A stretch of 64,000 nucleotides of DNA from Escherichia coli (GTDB lineage Bacteria; Pseudomonadota; Gammaproteobacteria; Enterobacterales; Enterobacteriaceae), in the NCBI RefSeq assembly GCF_001677475.2, contig NZ_CP015229.1. The stretch is one strand, 5' to 3'. Below, one piece after another: positions 18,550-29,928 of the stretch; positions within the stretch are counted from its first letter, which is position 1; each line of letters opens with the position of its first letter. The notes under the pieces were generated by a model, which worked only from the letters and a program-made list of their open reading frames with translations, did not search any database and was not told the DNA's origin. The translations under genes were made by a program, and so were the position numbers.

Positions 18550-19884
18550 ATGACTGTAACGACTTTTTCCGAACTTGAACTCGACGAAAGCCTGCTGGAA
18601 GCCCTCCAGGATAAAGGTTTCACTCGCCCGACCGCCATTCAGGCTGCCGCCATTCCGCCTGCGCTCGATGGCCGTGATGTACTCGGTTCTGCGCCGACAG
18701 GCACCGGTAAAACGGCGGCGTATCTGCTGCCAGCGTTGCAGCACCTGCTCGATTTCCCACGTAAGAAATCCGGTCCGCCGCGTATTTTGATCCTCACCCC
18801 AACTCGCGAGCTGGCGATGCAGGTGGCCGATCATGCCCGCGAACTGGCGAAACATACGCATCTGGATATTGCCACCATCACCGGCGGCGTAGCCTATATG
18901 AACCACGCGGAAGTGTTCAGCGAAAATCAGGACATCGTGGTCGCCACGACCGGACGTCTGCTGCAATACATAAAAGAAGAGAACTTCGATTGCCGCGCGG
19001 TTGAAACGCTGATCCTCGACGAAGCAGACCGTATGCTGGATATGGGCTTCGCTCAGGATATCGAACATATTGCTGGCGAAACGCGCTGGCGTAAACAGAC
19101 CCTGCTCTTTTCCGCAACGCTGGAAGGCGATGCGATTCAGGACTTTGCCGAGCGTCTGCTGGAAGATCCGGTGGAGGTTTCTGCCAATCCGTCCACCCGT
19201 GAGCGCAAAAAAATTCATCAGTGGTATTACCGCGCCGATGACCTGGAACATAAAACCGCATTGCTGGTGCATCTGTTAAAACAGCCGGAAGCGACCCGCT
19301 CAATTGTGTTTGTGCGTAAGCGTGAGCGTGTGCATGAGCTGGCAAACTGGCTGCGCGAAGCGGGTATCAACAACTGCTATCTCGAAGGTGAGATGGTACA
19401 GGGCAAGCGTAACGAAGCGATCAAGCGTTTGACCGAAGGTCGCGTAAACGTACTGGTTGCAACCGATGTTGCCGCGCGCGGTATCGACATTCCTGACGTC
19501 AGCCACGTCTTTAACTTCGATATGCCGCGCAGTGGCGATACTTATTTGCACCGTATCGGACGTACCGCGCGCGCCGGTCGTAAAGGCACCGCAATTTCGC
19601 TGGTAGAAGCCCATGACCATCTGCTGCTGGGCAAAGTTGGTCGCTATATTGAAGAGCCAATTAAAGCTCGTGTAATTGATGAGTTACGCCCGAAAACGCG
19701 TGCGCCAAGCGAAAAGCAGACCGGCAAGCCATCGAAGAAAGTACTGGCTAAACGTGCCGAGAAGAAAAAAGCTAAAGAGAAAGAGAAGCCGCGGGTGAAA
19801 AAACGCCATCGCGACACCAAAAATATTGGTAAGCGCCGTAAACCAAGCGGAACGGGCGTGCCACCGCAAACGACAGAAGAGTAA
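18550..19884 (+). CDS. srmB: ATP-dependent DEAD-box RNA helicase SrmB
   Basis: 444 aa; Q-motif, Walker [13 protein letters not shown] box (LILDEADRM), [11 protein letters not shown] motifs. Confidence 0.96.
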   Translation: MTVTTFSELELDESLLEALQDKGFTRPTAIQAAAIPPALDGRDVLGSAPTGTGKTAAYLLPALQHLLDFPRKKSGPPRILILTPTRELAMQVADHARELAKHTHLDIATITGGVAYMNHAEVFSENQDIVVATTGRLLQYIKEENFDCRAVETLILDEADRMLDMGFAQDIEHIAGETRWRKQTLLFSATLEGDAIQDFAERLLEDPVEVSANPSTRERKKIHQWYYRADDLEHKTALLVHLLKQPEATRSIVFVRKRERVHELANWLREAGINNCYLEGEMVQGKRNEAIKRLTEGRVNVLVATDVAARGIDIPDVSHVFNFDMPRSGDTYLHRIGRTARAGRKGTAISLVEAHDHLLLGKVGRYIEEPIKARVIDELRPKTRAPSEKQTGKPSKKVLAKRAEKKKAKEKEKPRVKKRHRDTKNIGKRRKPSGTGVPPQTTEE

Positions 19885-19916
19885 TTTCAATGCCGGGTTT
19901 AAGCCCGGCATTGTTT

Positions 19917-20798
19917 TTATCCCGGCAAAAAACACTCTTCAACACACTGAATAAAAGTGTGCATCGCCGGGCTAACCGCTTTTCCAGCATGGTGTGCGCA
20001 CATTGCTGTAATCGTCTGCGACTGTTCGCCAAAAGGCAATTCGATTAACTCGCCGCTCGCCAATTCTTTTGCTACCGCAAAGCGCGGCAGGTAGCTGACC
20101 CCGATATTCGCCGCGACACAACGCTTGATGCTTTCGATACTTATAAGCTCAATGGTGTTTTCCACCGTGATCCGCCGCTGTCGCAGCGTGCTCTCAAATA
20201 TCTGCCGGAAGACACATTGCGGTTCATTGATAATAAAACTACAGGCGTTATGTATTCCCGGCTCAGTAAAATCGACATCTTTAATTTGCGGTGAAGCCAC
20301 CAGCACCAGTGATTGTTCACCCAACTCTCGTCGGTTCAGAGCATCATCATTCCCTACGCGATAAAAGACGCCAACATCGGCCTCATCATTCAGTAGCGCA
20401 TCACGGATCACGTAACAGTTCAGAGACTGCAACGATAAACGCACTTTTGGTGCGCGTTGCCGAAAACGCTGCAACACCTGCGGCATTCGGTAAGAAAGCA
20501 ACGTTTCGCCTGAAACAACGCGTAGTTCCCCGTCCGGATCCGACTCTTTTTTGGCAGCCTCACGAAGGGTATCCATCACTCTGGTGAGTTCATAAATGTG
20601 CGGCAGCAGCTTTTTTCCTTCGCGGGTAAGGCACATTCGTCGACCAATTTTCTCAAATAACTGGACTGAGAACTCCTGCTCAAGCTGCTGAATATGAAAA
20701 GTCACCGTCGATTGTGTGCAGCACAATTTTTGCGAAGCTCGCAAGAAGGAACCCTCTTCCATCACGGTTTTAAGCGTAATAAAACGGCGCAGATCCAT
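19917..20798 (-). CDS. yfiE: LysR-type transcriptional regulator
   Basis: 293 aa from MDLRRFITLKTVMEEGSF; LTTR HTH; divergent from eamB. Confidence 0.9.
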   Translation of the reverse strand: MDLRRFITLKTVMEEGSFLRASQKLCCTQSTVTFHIQQLEQEFSVQLFEKIGRRMCLTREGKKLLPHIYELTRVMDTLREAAKKESDPDGELRVVSGETLLSYRMPQVLQRFRQRAPKVRLSLQSLNCYVIRDALLNDEADVGVFYRVGNDDALNRRELGEQSLVLVASPQIKDVDFTEPGIHNACSFIINEPQCVFRQIFESTLRQRRITVENTIELISIESIKRCVAANIGVSYLPRFAVAKELASGELIELPFGEQSQTITAMCAHHAGKAVSPAMHTFIQCVEECFLPG

Positions 20799-20900
20799 AA
20801 CCCCAAACCTATCGAAAATATCGAATTTAGAATGTAAAAACATTCATTTTTTTTAATGTTACGTGTCGGGTACTGTCTACCAAAACAGAGGAGATAACAA

Positions 20901-21488
20901 GTGACACCGACCCTTTTAAGTGCTTTTTGGACTTACACCCTGATTACCGCCATGACGCCAGGACCGAACAATATTCTCGCCCTTAGCTCAGCCACAACGC
21001 ACGGATTTCGTCAGAGTACTCGCGTGCTGGCAGGGATGAGTCTGGGATTTTTAATCGTCATGTTGCTATGCGCGGGAATTTCGTTTTCACTGGCTGTTAT
21101 CGACCCGGCAGCAGTGCATCTGTTGAGTTGGGCGGGGGCGGCATATATTGTCTGGCTGGCGTGGAAAATCGCTACCAGTCCAACAAAGGAAGATGGGCTT
21201 CAGACAAAACCAATCAGTTTTTGGGCCAGCTTTGCTTTGCAGTTTGTGAACGTCAAAATCATTTTGTATGGCATTACAGCACTGTCGACGTTTGTCCTGC
21301 CGCAAACGCAGGCGCTAAGCTGGATAATTGGCGTCAGCGTTTTGCTGGCGATGATTGGGACGTTTGGCAATGTGTGCTGGGCGCTGGCGGGGCACCTGTT
21401 TCAGCGATTGTTTCGCCAGTATGGTCGCCAGTTAAATATCGTGCTCGCGCTGCTGCTGGTCTATTGCGCGGTACGCATTTTCTATTAA
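20901..21488 (+). CDS. eamB: cysteine/O-acetylserine exporter (LysE/RhtB family)
   Basis: 195 aa with GTG start; multi-TM LysE-type profile; matches recalled EamB (YfiK). Confidence 0.92.
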   Translation: MTPTLLSAFWTYTLITAMTPGPNNILALSSATTHGFRQSTRVLAGMSLGFLIVMLLCAGISFSLAVIDPAAVHLLSWAGAAYIVWLAWKIATSPTKEDGLQTKPISFWASFALQFVNVKIILYGITALSTFVLPQTQALSWIIGVSVLLAMIGTFGNVCWALAGHLFQRLFRQYGRQLNIVLALLLVYCAVRIFY

Positions 21489-21489
21489 T

Positions 21490-21521
21490 GAAAAAAGCGG
21501 AAGAGGTCGCCCTCTTCCGCT
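21490..21521 (-). terminator. rho-independent terminator downstream of grcA (also follows eamB on the other strand)
   Basis: Hairpin AGCGGAAGAGG-tcgc-CCTCTTCCGCT; T-tract on the minus strand (plus-strand A-run 21490-21495). Confidence 0.6.
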
Positions 21522-21542
21522 TAGTAACTTGCTACTTAAGCC

Positions 21543-21926
21543 TTACAGGCTTTCAGTAAAGGTACGAGCGATAACGTCGCGCTGCTGTTCCGGAGTCAGA
21601 GAGTTAAAGCGAACTGCATAACCGGATACACGGATGGTCAGCTGCGGATATTTTTCCGGATGCTTAACTGCATCTTCCAGAGTTTCACGACGCAGAACGT
21701 TTACGTTCAGGTGTTGACCACCTTCAACGCGAACTTCTGGTTTCACTTCTACTGGAACTTCACGGTACTCAATGTCACCCAGTTTGCTTACTGCAACCAC
21801 TTCGTCTTCTGCAAAACCTGCTTTCGCAACGATGCAACGCGCTTCGCCTTTTTCGCTGTCCAGCAGCCAGAAAGAGTTCAGCAGATCGTCGTTAGCGGCT
21901 TTAGTAATCTGGATACCTGTAATCAT
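21543..21926 (-). CDS. grcA: autonomous glycyl radical cofactor GrcA (YfiD)
   Basis: 127 aa from [20 protein letters not shown]; glycyl-radical motif RVSGYAV. Confidence 0.95.
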
Positions 21927-22033
21927 GTGATGCCTCCCCGGCAAAATTATTTGATTTGTTCAGCCTGTCGCGGCCAATTGGTAAAACCATTGTTGCTTGA
22001 GTGTATATATACTCCTCAAACACCCTTGAATCT

Positions 22034-22047
22034 TTGATTTAAATCAA
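22034..22047. promoter_or_regulatory. FNR/CRP-type box in the grcA promoter
   Basis: Perfect TTGAT-N4-ATCAA palindrome about 110 bp upstream of the grcA ATG; grcA is a known FNR-activated gene. Confidence 0.6.
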
Positions 22048-22230
22048 TAAAAACCACACATCAAGTATGGTCGCAAATGGATTTTATTGTTTTACATCAA
22101 CTTATGCAGGTGTGAATTTTTACCAATTTACATTTTTTTGCACTCGTTTAAGTCTAAAAAATGAGCATGATTTTGTTCTGTAGAAAGAAGCAGTTAAGCT
22201 AGGCGGATTGAAGATTCGCGGGAGAGCGAG

Positions 22231-22920
22231 ATGGCAAACGAATTAACCTGGCATGACGTGCTGGCTGAAGAGAAGCAACAACCCTATTTTCTTAATACCC
22301 TACAGACCGTCGCCAGCGAGCGGCAGTCCGGCGTCACTATCTATCCGCCACAAAAGGATGTCTTTAACGCGTTCCGCTTTACAGAGTTGGGTGACGTTAA
22401 AGTGGTGATTCTCGGCCAGGATCCTTATCACGGACCGGGACAGGCGCATGGTCTGGCATTTTCCGTTCGCCCCGGCATTGCGACACCGCCGTCACTGCTG
22501 AATATGTATAAAGAGCTGGAAAATACTATTCCCGGTTTCACCCGCCCTAATCATGGTTATCTTGAAAGCTGGGCGCGTCAGGGCGTTCTGCTACTCAATA
22601 CTGTGTTGACGGTTCGCGCAGGTCAGGCGCATTCCCACGCTAGCCTCGGCTGGGAGACCTTCACCGATACAGTCATCAGCCTGATCAACCAGCATCGCGA
22701 AGGCGTGGTGTTTTTGTTGTGGGGATCACATGCACAGAAGAAAGGGGCGATTATAGATAAGCAACGCCATCATGTACTGAAAGCACCGCATCCGTCACCG
22801 CTTTCGGCGCATCGTGGATTCTTTGGCTGTAACCATTTTGTGCTGGCAAATCAGTGGCTGGAACAACATGGCGAGACGCCGATTGACTGGATGCCAGTAT
22901 TACCGGCAGAGAGTGAGTAA
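22231..22920 (+). CDS. ung: uracil-DNA glycosylase
   Basis: 229 aa; UDG active-site motif GQDPYH. Confidence 0.96.
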   Translation: MANELTWHDVLAEEKQQPYFLNTLQTVASERQSGVTIYPPQKDVFNAFRFTELGDVKVVILGQDPYHGPGQAHGLAFSVRPGIATPPSLLNMYKELENTIPGFTRPNHGYLESWARQGVLLLNTVLTVRAGQAHSHASLGWETFTDTVISLINQHREGVVFLLWGSHAQKKGAIIDKQRHHVLKAPHPSPLSAHRGFFGCNHFVLANQWLEQHGETPIDWMPVLPAESE

Positions 22921-22967
22921 ATTTGCGGGAAAACGCCGGATGGCAGAGTTACCACCCGGCTGATTTA

Positions 22968-24005
22968 TCAGGCTTTATTCTGACGCCACCATTCACCAAG
23001 TAAAACGCCGGTTGCGACAGAGATATTTAGCCCGGCAACGTTGCCAGTACCGTCAATCTTCACGCGCAAATCGTTCGGATCGCGTGCGGCATCCGGTAAC
23101 CCTTCATATTCCTGACCCAGCACCAGTACCATTTTCGCTGGCAGACTGGTTTTGAACAGCGGTTTCCCCTGCTCGCTGGAAGTGGTCACTACGGTGTAAC
23201 CTGCCTGACGGAAATCATCCAGCACGTTAACAATGTTGTCGCCAGTAATCGGCTGAACGTGCTCTGCGCCGCCTTCTGCGGTACGGATAGCCGCCCCCGA
23301 CTCCAGCAGTGCCGCATCCTGCACCACAACGCCTTTCACGCCGAAGTGCGCGCAGCTGCGCATCATGCCACCCAGGTTATGCGGGTTAGATTCGTTTTCC
23401 AGCGCCAGTACACAATCCTGCGCGCCTGCCTGGCTTACCCACTGCTGTACGGTTGTGCCGTTACGCTTTTTGATCAGGAAGCAAACACCACCGTGATGTT
23501 CCGTGCCTGACGCTTTTGTCAGTTCCGCTTCATCTACCACATGGTACGCTTTGCGGTTTGCCGCCATCCAGCGCAATGCTTCTTTAAAACGTGGCGTTAC
23601 GCTCTGGATAAACCAGGCGCGAACAATCGCTTCCGGACGGCTCTGGAACAGTGCCTGACATGCATTTTCGCCGTAAACGCGGGTTTCTTCCGCACGCTGA
23701 CGACGCAACACTTCCGGATCAATAAAACTTTTACCACTGATGCCACCGTGATCGGCCTTTTCCGGCGTCTCATCACCCGGCGCGCGGGAAACCGTGCGCC
23801 ACGGCGAATCTTCCCACTTGCGGTCACGGGGCTGACTCTGTTTGTCATCGCGGGCGGGGCGACGGCCACCGTCAGCACGAGATTTTCCTGGACGCCCGCC
23901 CCCTTTCCCGGTACGCGGGTTGTGGGTACGTTTATCAGAATCATCATCACTGCGGACATACATCACTTTGACCTTGCCGCTTTTACCTTTCATTTCATCG
24001 TTCAT
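22968..24005 (-). CDS. yfiF: SpoU/TrmH-family RNA 2'-O-methyltransferase YfiF
   Basis: 345 aa from [11 protein letters not shown]; Arg/Gly-rich N-terminal region and C-terminal SPOUT domain. Confidence 0.9.
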
Positions 24006-24211
24006 GCTTTTCTCCACCAGCGCTGCGCGAAGCGCGCAGATTACCCGAAGTCCGCGCGGTTCGCCATGATTTCGTACCAAAGCCTGCGACTATCATACCT
24101 ATTGAATAAAACAGATTGTTGTCTGGAACAATGTCCCCGATAATATGTAACATATTAGAAACATACCGGCGTCGTTGCCGATAAGTCTCCTTACTCATCC
24201 CGAGGTTAGTT

Positions 24212-24631
24212 ATGAATACCGTTTGTACCCATTGTCAGGCCATCAATCGCATTCCCGACGATCGGATCGAAGATGCGGCAAAATGCGGACGCTGCGGTCA
24301 CGACTTGTTTGACGGAGAGGTGATTAATGCGACCGGTGAAACGCTCGACAAATTGCTGAAAGATGATCTACCAGTGGTGATCGACTTCTGGGCACCGTGG
24401 TGCGGCCCCTGCCGTAATTTCGCACCAATTTTTGAAGATGTCGCGCAAGAGCGTAGCGGTAAAGTGCGCTTTGTGAAAGTGAATACCGAAGCTGAACGTG
24501 AATTGAGCAGTCGCTTTGGAATTCGTAGTATACCGACGATCATGATTTTCAAAAACGGTCAGGTTGTCGACATGCTTAATGGCGCAGTACCGAAAGCGCC
24601 GTTCGACAGCTGGCTGAACGAATCTCTTTAA
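24212..24631 (+). CDS. trxC: thioredoxin 2
   Basis: 139 aa; N-terminal zinc-finger Cys pairs (CTHC...CGRC) and WCGPC active site. Confidence 0.96.
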
Positions 24632-24635
24632 TCTT

Positions 24636-24666
24636 ACCGGGGCGCATCTTGTGCCCCGTTTTCTCC
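24636..24666 (+). terminator. rho-independent terminator after trxC
   Basis: Hairpin CGGGGCGCA-tctt-GTGCCCCG followed by TTTTCT. Confidence 0.6.
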
Positions 24667-24699
24667 TCTGCGACAATGGCGTTTTTTCGACGCTCTCTT

Positions 24700-25398
24700 A
24701 TGACCGAAAATGCTGTTCTCCAGTTACGCGCCGAGCGTATTGCGCGCGCAACACGTCCTTTTCTTGCCCGCGGTAATCGCGTTCGTCGCTGCCAACGCTG
24801 CCTTTTACCAGAGAAATTATGTCTCTGTTCGACAATTACCCCAGCACAAGCAAAAAGTCGCTTCTGTTTGCTGATGTTCGACACCGAGCCAATGAAGCCC
24901 AGTAATACCGGGCGTCTGATTGCTGATATTTTGCCTGATACCGTTGCGTTTCAATGGTCGCGTACCGAACCCTCGCTAGATTTGCTGGATCTGGTACAAA
25001 ACCCGGACTATCAGCCAATGGTGGTCTTTCCCGCCTCGTATGCTGATGAGCAACGGGAAGTGATCTTCACACCACCTGCCGGTAAGCCTCCGCTATTTAT
25101 CATGCTCGATGGTACCTGGCCTGAAGCTCGCAAGATGTTTCGTAAAAGTCCGTATCTGGATAATCTTCCCGTCATTTCCATCGATCTTTCCCGGCTTTCT
25201 GCCTATCGCCTGCGTGAAGCCCAGGCTGAAGGCCAATATTGTACTGCCGAGGTAGCCATCGCACTGTTAGATATGGCCGGCGATACTGGGGCGGCGGCAG
25301 GTTTAGGCGAGCACTTCACCCGCTTTAAAACGCGCTATCTGGCAGGAAAAACGCAACATCTGGGTAGCATCACAGCAGAACAGTTAGAAAGCGTTTAA
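24700..25398 (+). CDS. tapT: DTW-domain tRNA aminocarboxypropyltransferase (YfiP/TapT)
   Basis: 232 aa from MTENAVLQLRAERIA; CxxC...CxC cluster and DTW motif (MLDGTWPEA). Confidence 0.88.
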   Translation: MTENAVLQLRAERIARATRPFLARGNRVRRCQRCLLPEKLCLCSTITPAQAKSRFCLLMFDTEPMKPSNTGRLIADILPDTVAFQWSRTEPSLDLLDLVQNPDYQPMVVFPASYADEQREVIFTPPAGKPPLFIMLDGTWPEARKMFRKSPYLDNLPVISIDLSRLSAYRLREAQAEGQYCTAEVAIALLDMAGDTGAAAGLGEHFTRFKTRYLAGKTQHLGSITAEQLESV

Positions 25399-25429
25399 AA
25401 TCATTCGGTCACTTCTGCGGGAGACCGGT

Positions 25430-28090
25430 ATGAGTCAGCGAGGACTGGAAGCATTACTGCGACCAAAATCGATTGCGGTAATTGGCGCATCGATGAAACC
25501 CAATCGCGCAGGTTACCTGATGATGCGTAACCTGCTGGCGGGAGGCTTTAACGGACCGGTACTCCCGGTGACGCCAGCCTGGAAAGCGGTGTTGGGTGTG
25601 TTGGCCTGGCCGGATATTGCCAGCTTGCCCTTTACACCCGACCTTGCGGTTTTATGTACCAATGCCAGCCGTAATCTTGCTCTTCTGGAAGAGCTCGGCG
25701 AGAAAGGCTGTAAAACCTGCATTATTCTTTCCGCCCCGGCATCGCAACACGAAGATCTCCGCGCCTGCGCCCTGCGCCATAACATGCGCCTGCTAGGACC
25801 AAACAGTCTGGGCTTACTGGCTCCCTGGCAGGGTCTGAATGCCAGCTTTTCGCCTGTGCCGATTAAACGCGGCAAACTGGCGTTTATTTCGCAATCGGCT
25901 GCCGTCTCCAACACCATCCTCGACTGGGCGCAACAGCGTGAGATGGGCTTTTCCTACTTTATTGCGCTCGGCGACAGCCTGGATATCGACGTTGATGAAT
26001 TGCTCGACTATCTGGCGCGCGACAGTAAAACCAGCGCCATCCTGCTCTATCTCGAACAGTTAAGCGACGCGCGACGCTTTGTTTCGGCGGCCCGTAGTGC
26101 CTCTCGCAATAAACCGATTCTGGTGATTAAAAGCGGACGTAGCCCGGCGGCTCAACGTCTGTTGAACACCACGGCAGGAATGGATCCGGCGTGGGATGCA
26201 GCTATTCAGCGTGCCGGTTTGTTGCGGGTACAGGATACTCACGAGCTGTTTTCGGCGGTGGAAACCCTCAGCCATATGCGCCCGCTGCGTGGCGACCGGC
26301 TGATGATTATCAGCAACGGTGCTGCGCCTGCCGCGCTGGCGCTGGATGCCTTATGGTCACGCAATGGCAAGCTGGCAACGCTAAGCGAAGAAACCTGCCA
26401 GAAACTGCGCGATGCACTGCCAGAACATGTGGCAATCTCTAACCCGCTCGATCTACGCGATGACGCCAGCAGTGAGCACTATATTAAAACGCTGGATATT
26501 CTGCTCCACAGCCAGGATTTTGACGCGCTGATGGTTATTCATTCGCCCAGCGCCGCAGCGCCCGCAACAGAAAGTGCGCAAGCATTAATTGAAGCGGTAA
26601 AGCATCATCCCCGCAGCAAGTATGTTTCTCTACTGACGAACTGGTGCGGCGAGCACTCCTCGCAAGAGGCACGACGATTATTCAGTGAAGCCGGGCTGCC
26701 GACCTATCGCACGCCGGAAGGAACCATCACTGCTTTTATGCATATGGTGGAGTACCGGCGTAATCAGAAGCAACTACGCGAAACGCCGGCGTTGCCCAGC
26801 AATCTGACCTCTAATACCGCAGAAGCGCATCTTCTGTTGCAACAGGCGATTGCCGAAGGGGCTACGTCGCTCGATACCCATGAAGTTCAGCCCATCCTGC
26901 AAGCGTATGGCATGAACACGCTCCCCACCTGGATTGCCAGCGATAGCACCGAAGCGGTGCATATTGCCGAACAGATTGGTTATCCGGTGGCGCTGAAATT
27001 GCGTTCGCCGGATATTCCACATAAATCGGAAGTTCAGGGCGTCATGCTCTACCTGCGTACAGCCAATGAAGTCCAGCAAGCGGCAAACGCCATTTTCGAT
27101 CGCGTAAAAATGGCCTGGCCGCAGGCGCGGGTCCACGGCCTGTTGGTGCAAAGTATGGCTAACCGTGCTGGCGCTCAGGAGTTGCGGGTTGTGGTTGAGC
27201 ACGATCCGGTTTTCGGGCCGTTGATCATGCTGGGCGAAGGCGGTGTGGAGTGGCGTCCTGAAGATCAAGCCGTCGTCGCGTTACCACCGCTGAACATGAA
27301 CCTGGCCCGCTATCTGGTTATTCAGGGGATCAAAAGTAAAAAGATTCGTGCGCGCAGTGCGCTACGCCCCTTGGATGTTGCAGGCTTGAGCCAGCTTCTG
27401 GTACAGGTTTCCAACTTGATTGTCGATTGTCCGGAAATTCAACGGCTGGATATTCATCCTTTGCTGGCTTCTGGCAGTGAATTTACCGCGCTGGATGTCA
27501 CGCTGGATATCGCGCCGTTTGAAGGTGATAACGAGAGCCGGCTGGCTGTGCGCCCTTATCCGCATCAGCTGGAAGAATGGGTAGAATTGAAAAACGGTGA
27601 ACGCTGCTTGTTCCGCCCGATTTTGCCAGAAGATGAGCCACAGCTTCAGCAATTCATTTCGCGAGTCACCAAAGAAGATCTTTATTACCGCTACTTTAGC
27701 GAGATCAACGAATTTACCCATGAAGATTTAGCCAACATGACGCAGATCGACTACGATCGGGAAATGGCTTTTGTGGCGGTACGACGTATTGATCAAACGG
27801 AAGAGATCCTCGGCGTCACGCGTGCGATTTCCGATCCTGATAACATCGATGCCGAATTTGCTGTACTGGTTCGCTCGGATCTCAAAGGGTTAGGCTTAGG
27901 TCGACGCTTAATGGAAAAGTTGATTACCTATACGCGAGATCACGGACTACAACGTCTGAATGGTATTACGATGCCAAACAATCGTGGCATGGTGGCGCTA
28001 GCCCGCAAGCTCGGGTTTAACGTTGATATCCAGCTCGAAGAGGGGATCGTTGGGCTTACGCTAAATCTTGCCCAGCGCGAGGAATCATGA
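25430..28090 (+). CDS. patZ: protein lysine acetyltransferase PatZ (Pka/YfiQ)
   Basis: 886 aa; CoA-binding and ATP-grasp-like N-terminal part plus C-terminal GNAT domain. Confidence 0.93.
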   Translation: MSQRGLEALLRPKSIAVIGASMKPNRAGYLMMRNLLAGGFNGPVLPVTPAWKAVLGVLAWPDIASLPFTPDLAVLCTNASRNLALLEELGEKGCKTCIILSAPASQHEDLRACALRHNMRLLGPNSLGLLAPWQGLNASFSPVPIKRGKLAFISQSAAVSNTILDWAQQREMGFSYFIALGDSLDIDVDELLDYLARDSKTSAILLYLEQLSDARRFVSAARSASRNKPILVIKSGRSPAAQRLLNTTAGMDPAWDAAIQRAGLLRVQDTHELFSAVETLSHMRPLRGDRLMIISNGAAPAALALDALWSRNGKLATLSEETCQKLRDALPEHVAISNPLDLRDDASSEHYIKTLDILLHSQDFDALMVIHSPSAAAPATESAQALIEAVKHHPRSKYVSLLTNWCGEHSSQEARRLFSEAGLPTYRTPEGTITAFMHMVEYRRNQKQLRETPALPSNLTSNTAEAHLLLQQAIAEGATSLDTHEVQPILQAYGMNTLPTWIASDSTEAVHIAEQIGYPVALKLRSPDIPHKSEVQGVMLYLRTANEVQQAANAIFDRVKMAWPQARVHGLLVQSMANRAGAQELRVVVEHDPVFGPLIMLGEGGVEWRPEDQAVVALPPLNMNLARYLVIQGIKSKKIRARSALRPLDVAGLSQLLVQVSNLIVDCPEIQRLDIHPLLASGSEFTALDVTLDIAPFEGDNESRLAVRPYPHQLEEWVELKNGERCLFRPILPEDEPQLQQFISRVTKEDLYYRYFSEINEFTHEDLANMTQIDYDREMAFVAVRRIDQTEEILGVTRAISDPDNIDAEFAVLVRSDLKGLGLGRRLMEKLITYTRDHGLQRLNGITMPNNRGMVALARKLGFNVDIQLEEGIVGLTLNLAQREES

Positions 28091-28203
28091 GTAAGGTACT
28101 GGAAATGTTGACCACTTAATCGGGACTGGTGTTATTATTGCCCGCTTATGTCGTCTGCATTGCACAGAGGACCCTTCAATGAACAGAGAAGAAATGCACT
28201 GTG

Positions 28204-29559
28204 ATGTTGTCAAAATTTAAGCGTAATAAACATCAACAACACCTTGCCCAACTACCCAAGATTTCTCAATCAGTTGATGATGTCGATTTCTTTTACGCTC
28301 CCGCCGACTTCCGGGAGACGCTGCTGGAAAAAATAGCCAGCGCGAAGCAGCGCATTTGCATTGTCGCCCTGTATCTCGAACAGGATGACGGTGGCAAAGG
28401 CATTCTGAACGCGTTGTATGAGGCTAAAAGGCAGCGTCCGGAACTGGATGTGCGGGTGCTGGTCGACTGGCATCGTGCACAACGTGGACGCATTGGCGCT
28501 GCGGCATCTAACACTAACGCTGACTGGTACTGCCGCATGGCGCAGGAAAATCCGGGCGTAGATGTTCCGGTTTATGGCGTTCCAATCAATACCCGTGAAG
28601 CTCTTGGTGTTCTGCACTTTAAAGGCTTTATCATCGACGATAGCGTACTTTATAGCGGTGCCAGCCTGAACGATGTTTACCTGCATCAGCACGATAAATA
28701 TCGCTACGACCGTTATCATCTGATCCGTAACCGTAAGATGTCAGACATTATGTTTGAATGGGTTACACAGAATATTATGAATGGCCGCGGCGTTAATCGT
28801 CTGGATGATGTTAATCGGCCAAAAAGCCCGGAAATCAAGAACGATATTCGTCTGTTCCGCCAGGAGCTGCGTGATGCCGCTTATCATTTCCAGGGCGATG
28901 CCGACAACGATCAGCTTTCCGTAACGCCGCTAGTGGGGCTGGGGAAATCGAGTCTGTTGAACAAGACCATTTTCCATCTTATGCCTTGTGCCGAGCAGAA
29001 ACTAACCATCTGCACACCATATTTCAACCTGCCTGCAATCCTTGTGCGCAATATCATCCAGTTGCTGCGCGAAGGGAAAAAGGTCGAAATTATTGTTGGT
29101 GATAAAACCGCGAACGACTTCTACATTCCGGAAGATGAACCTTTCAAGATAATTGGCGCATTGCCTTATCTCTATGAGATCAATCTGCGTCGTTTCCTGA
29201 GCCGTTTGCAGTATTACGTCAATACTGACCAGCTAGTGGTTCGGTTATGGAAAGATGACGACAACACCTATCACCTGAAAGGGATGTGGGTTGATGATAA
29301 GTGGATGTTGATCACCGGTAATAACCTGAACCCGCGCGCCTGGCGTCTGGATCTGGAAAACGCCATTTTGATCCACGATCCGCAACTTGAGCTTGCACCA
29401 CAGCGAGAGAAAGAACTGGAGCTGATCCGCGAGCATACCACCATCGTTAAGCACTATCGCGATCTGCAAAGTATTGCCGATTATCCGGTGAAGGTTCGTA
29501 AACTCATCCGCCGTTTGCGCCGTATCCGCATCGACCGATTAATTAGCCGCATCCTGTAA
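28204..29559 (+). CDS. pssA: CDP-diacylglycerol--serine O-phosphatidyltransferase
   Basis: 451 aa from MLSKFKRNKHQQHLAQL; PLD-like HxK motifs. Confidence 0.95.
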   Translation: MLSKFKRNKHQQHLAQLPKISQSVDDVDFFYAPADFRETLLEKIASAKQRICIVALYLEQDDGGKGILNALYEAKRQRPELDVRVLVDWHRAQRGRIGAAASNTNADWYCRMAQENPGVDVPVYGVPINTREALGVLHFKGFIIDDSVLYSGASLNDVYLHQHDKYRYDRYHLIRNRKMSDIMFEWVTQNIMNGRGVNRLDDVNRPKSPEIKNDIRLFRQELRDAAYHFQGDADNDQLSVTPLVGLGKSSLLNKTIFHLMPCAEQKLTICTPYFNLPAILVRNIIQLLREGKKVEIIVGDKTANDFYIPEDEPFKIIGALPYLYEINLRRFLSRLQYYVNTDQLVVRLWKDDDNTYHLKGMWVDDKWMLITGNNLNPRAWRLDLENAILIHDPQLELAPQREKELELIREHTTIVKHYRDLQSIADYPVKVRKLIRRLRRIRIDRLISRIL

Positions 29560-29561
29560 TC

Positions 29562-29592
29562 ACAACCCCGTCCTGTACGGGGTTTGTTTTTT
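29562..29592 (+). terminator. rho-independent terminator after pssA
   Basis: Hairpin AACCCCGT-cctgta-CGGGGTT followed by TGTTTTTT. Confidence 0.6.
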
Positions 29593-29604
29593 GGAGGCCA
29601 CGTT

Positions 29605-29928
29605 TTGCGTATTCTTTTTGTCTGTTCGATATTGTTACTTTCTGGATGCAGCCATATGGCTAACGATAGCTGGAGCGGGCAGGATAAAGCTCAACACTTT
29701 ATCGCTTCGGCGATGCTTTCCGCCGCCGGAAATGAATATTCACAGCATCAGGGGATGAGCCGGGATCGCAGTGCCATGTTTGGAATGATGTTCTCTATCA
29801 GTCTGGGGGCGTCAAAAGAGCTTTGGGATAGCCGCCCGGAAGGGAGCGGCTGGAGCTGGAAGGATTTGGCCTGGGATGTCGCCGGTGCAACTACTGGCTA
29901 TACCGTCTGGCAGTTGGCGCATAATTAA
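29605..29928 (+). CDS. yfiM: lipoprotein YfiM
   Basis: 107 aa from TTG at 29605 ([15 protein letters not shown] lipobox); start codon choice uncertain. Confidence 0.8.
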   Translation: MRILFVCSILLLSGCSHMANDSWSGQDKAQHFIASAMLSAAGNEYSQHQGMSRDRSAMFGMMFSISLGASKELWDSRPEGSGWSWKDLAWDVAGATTGYTVWQLAHN

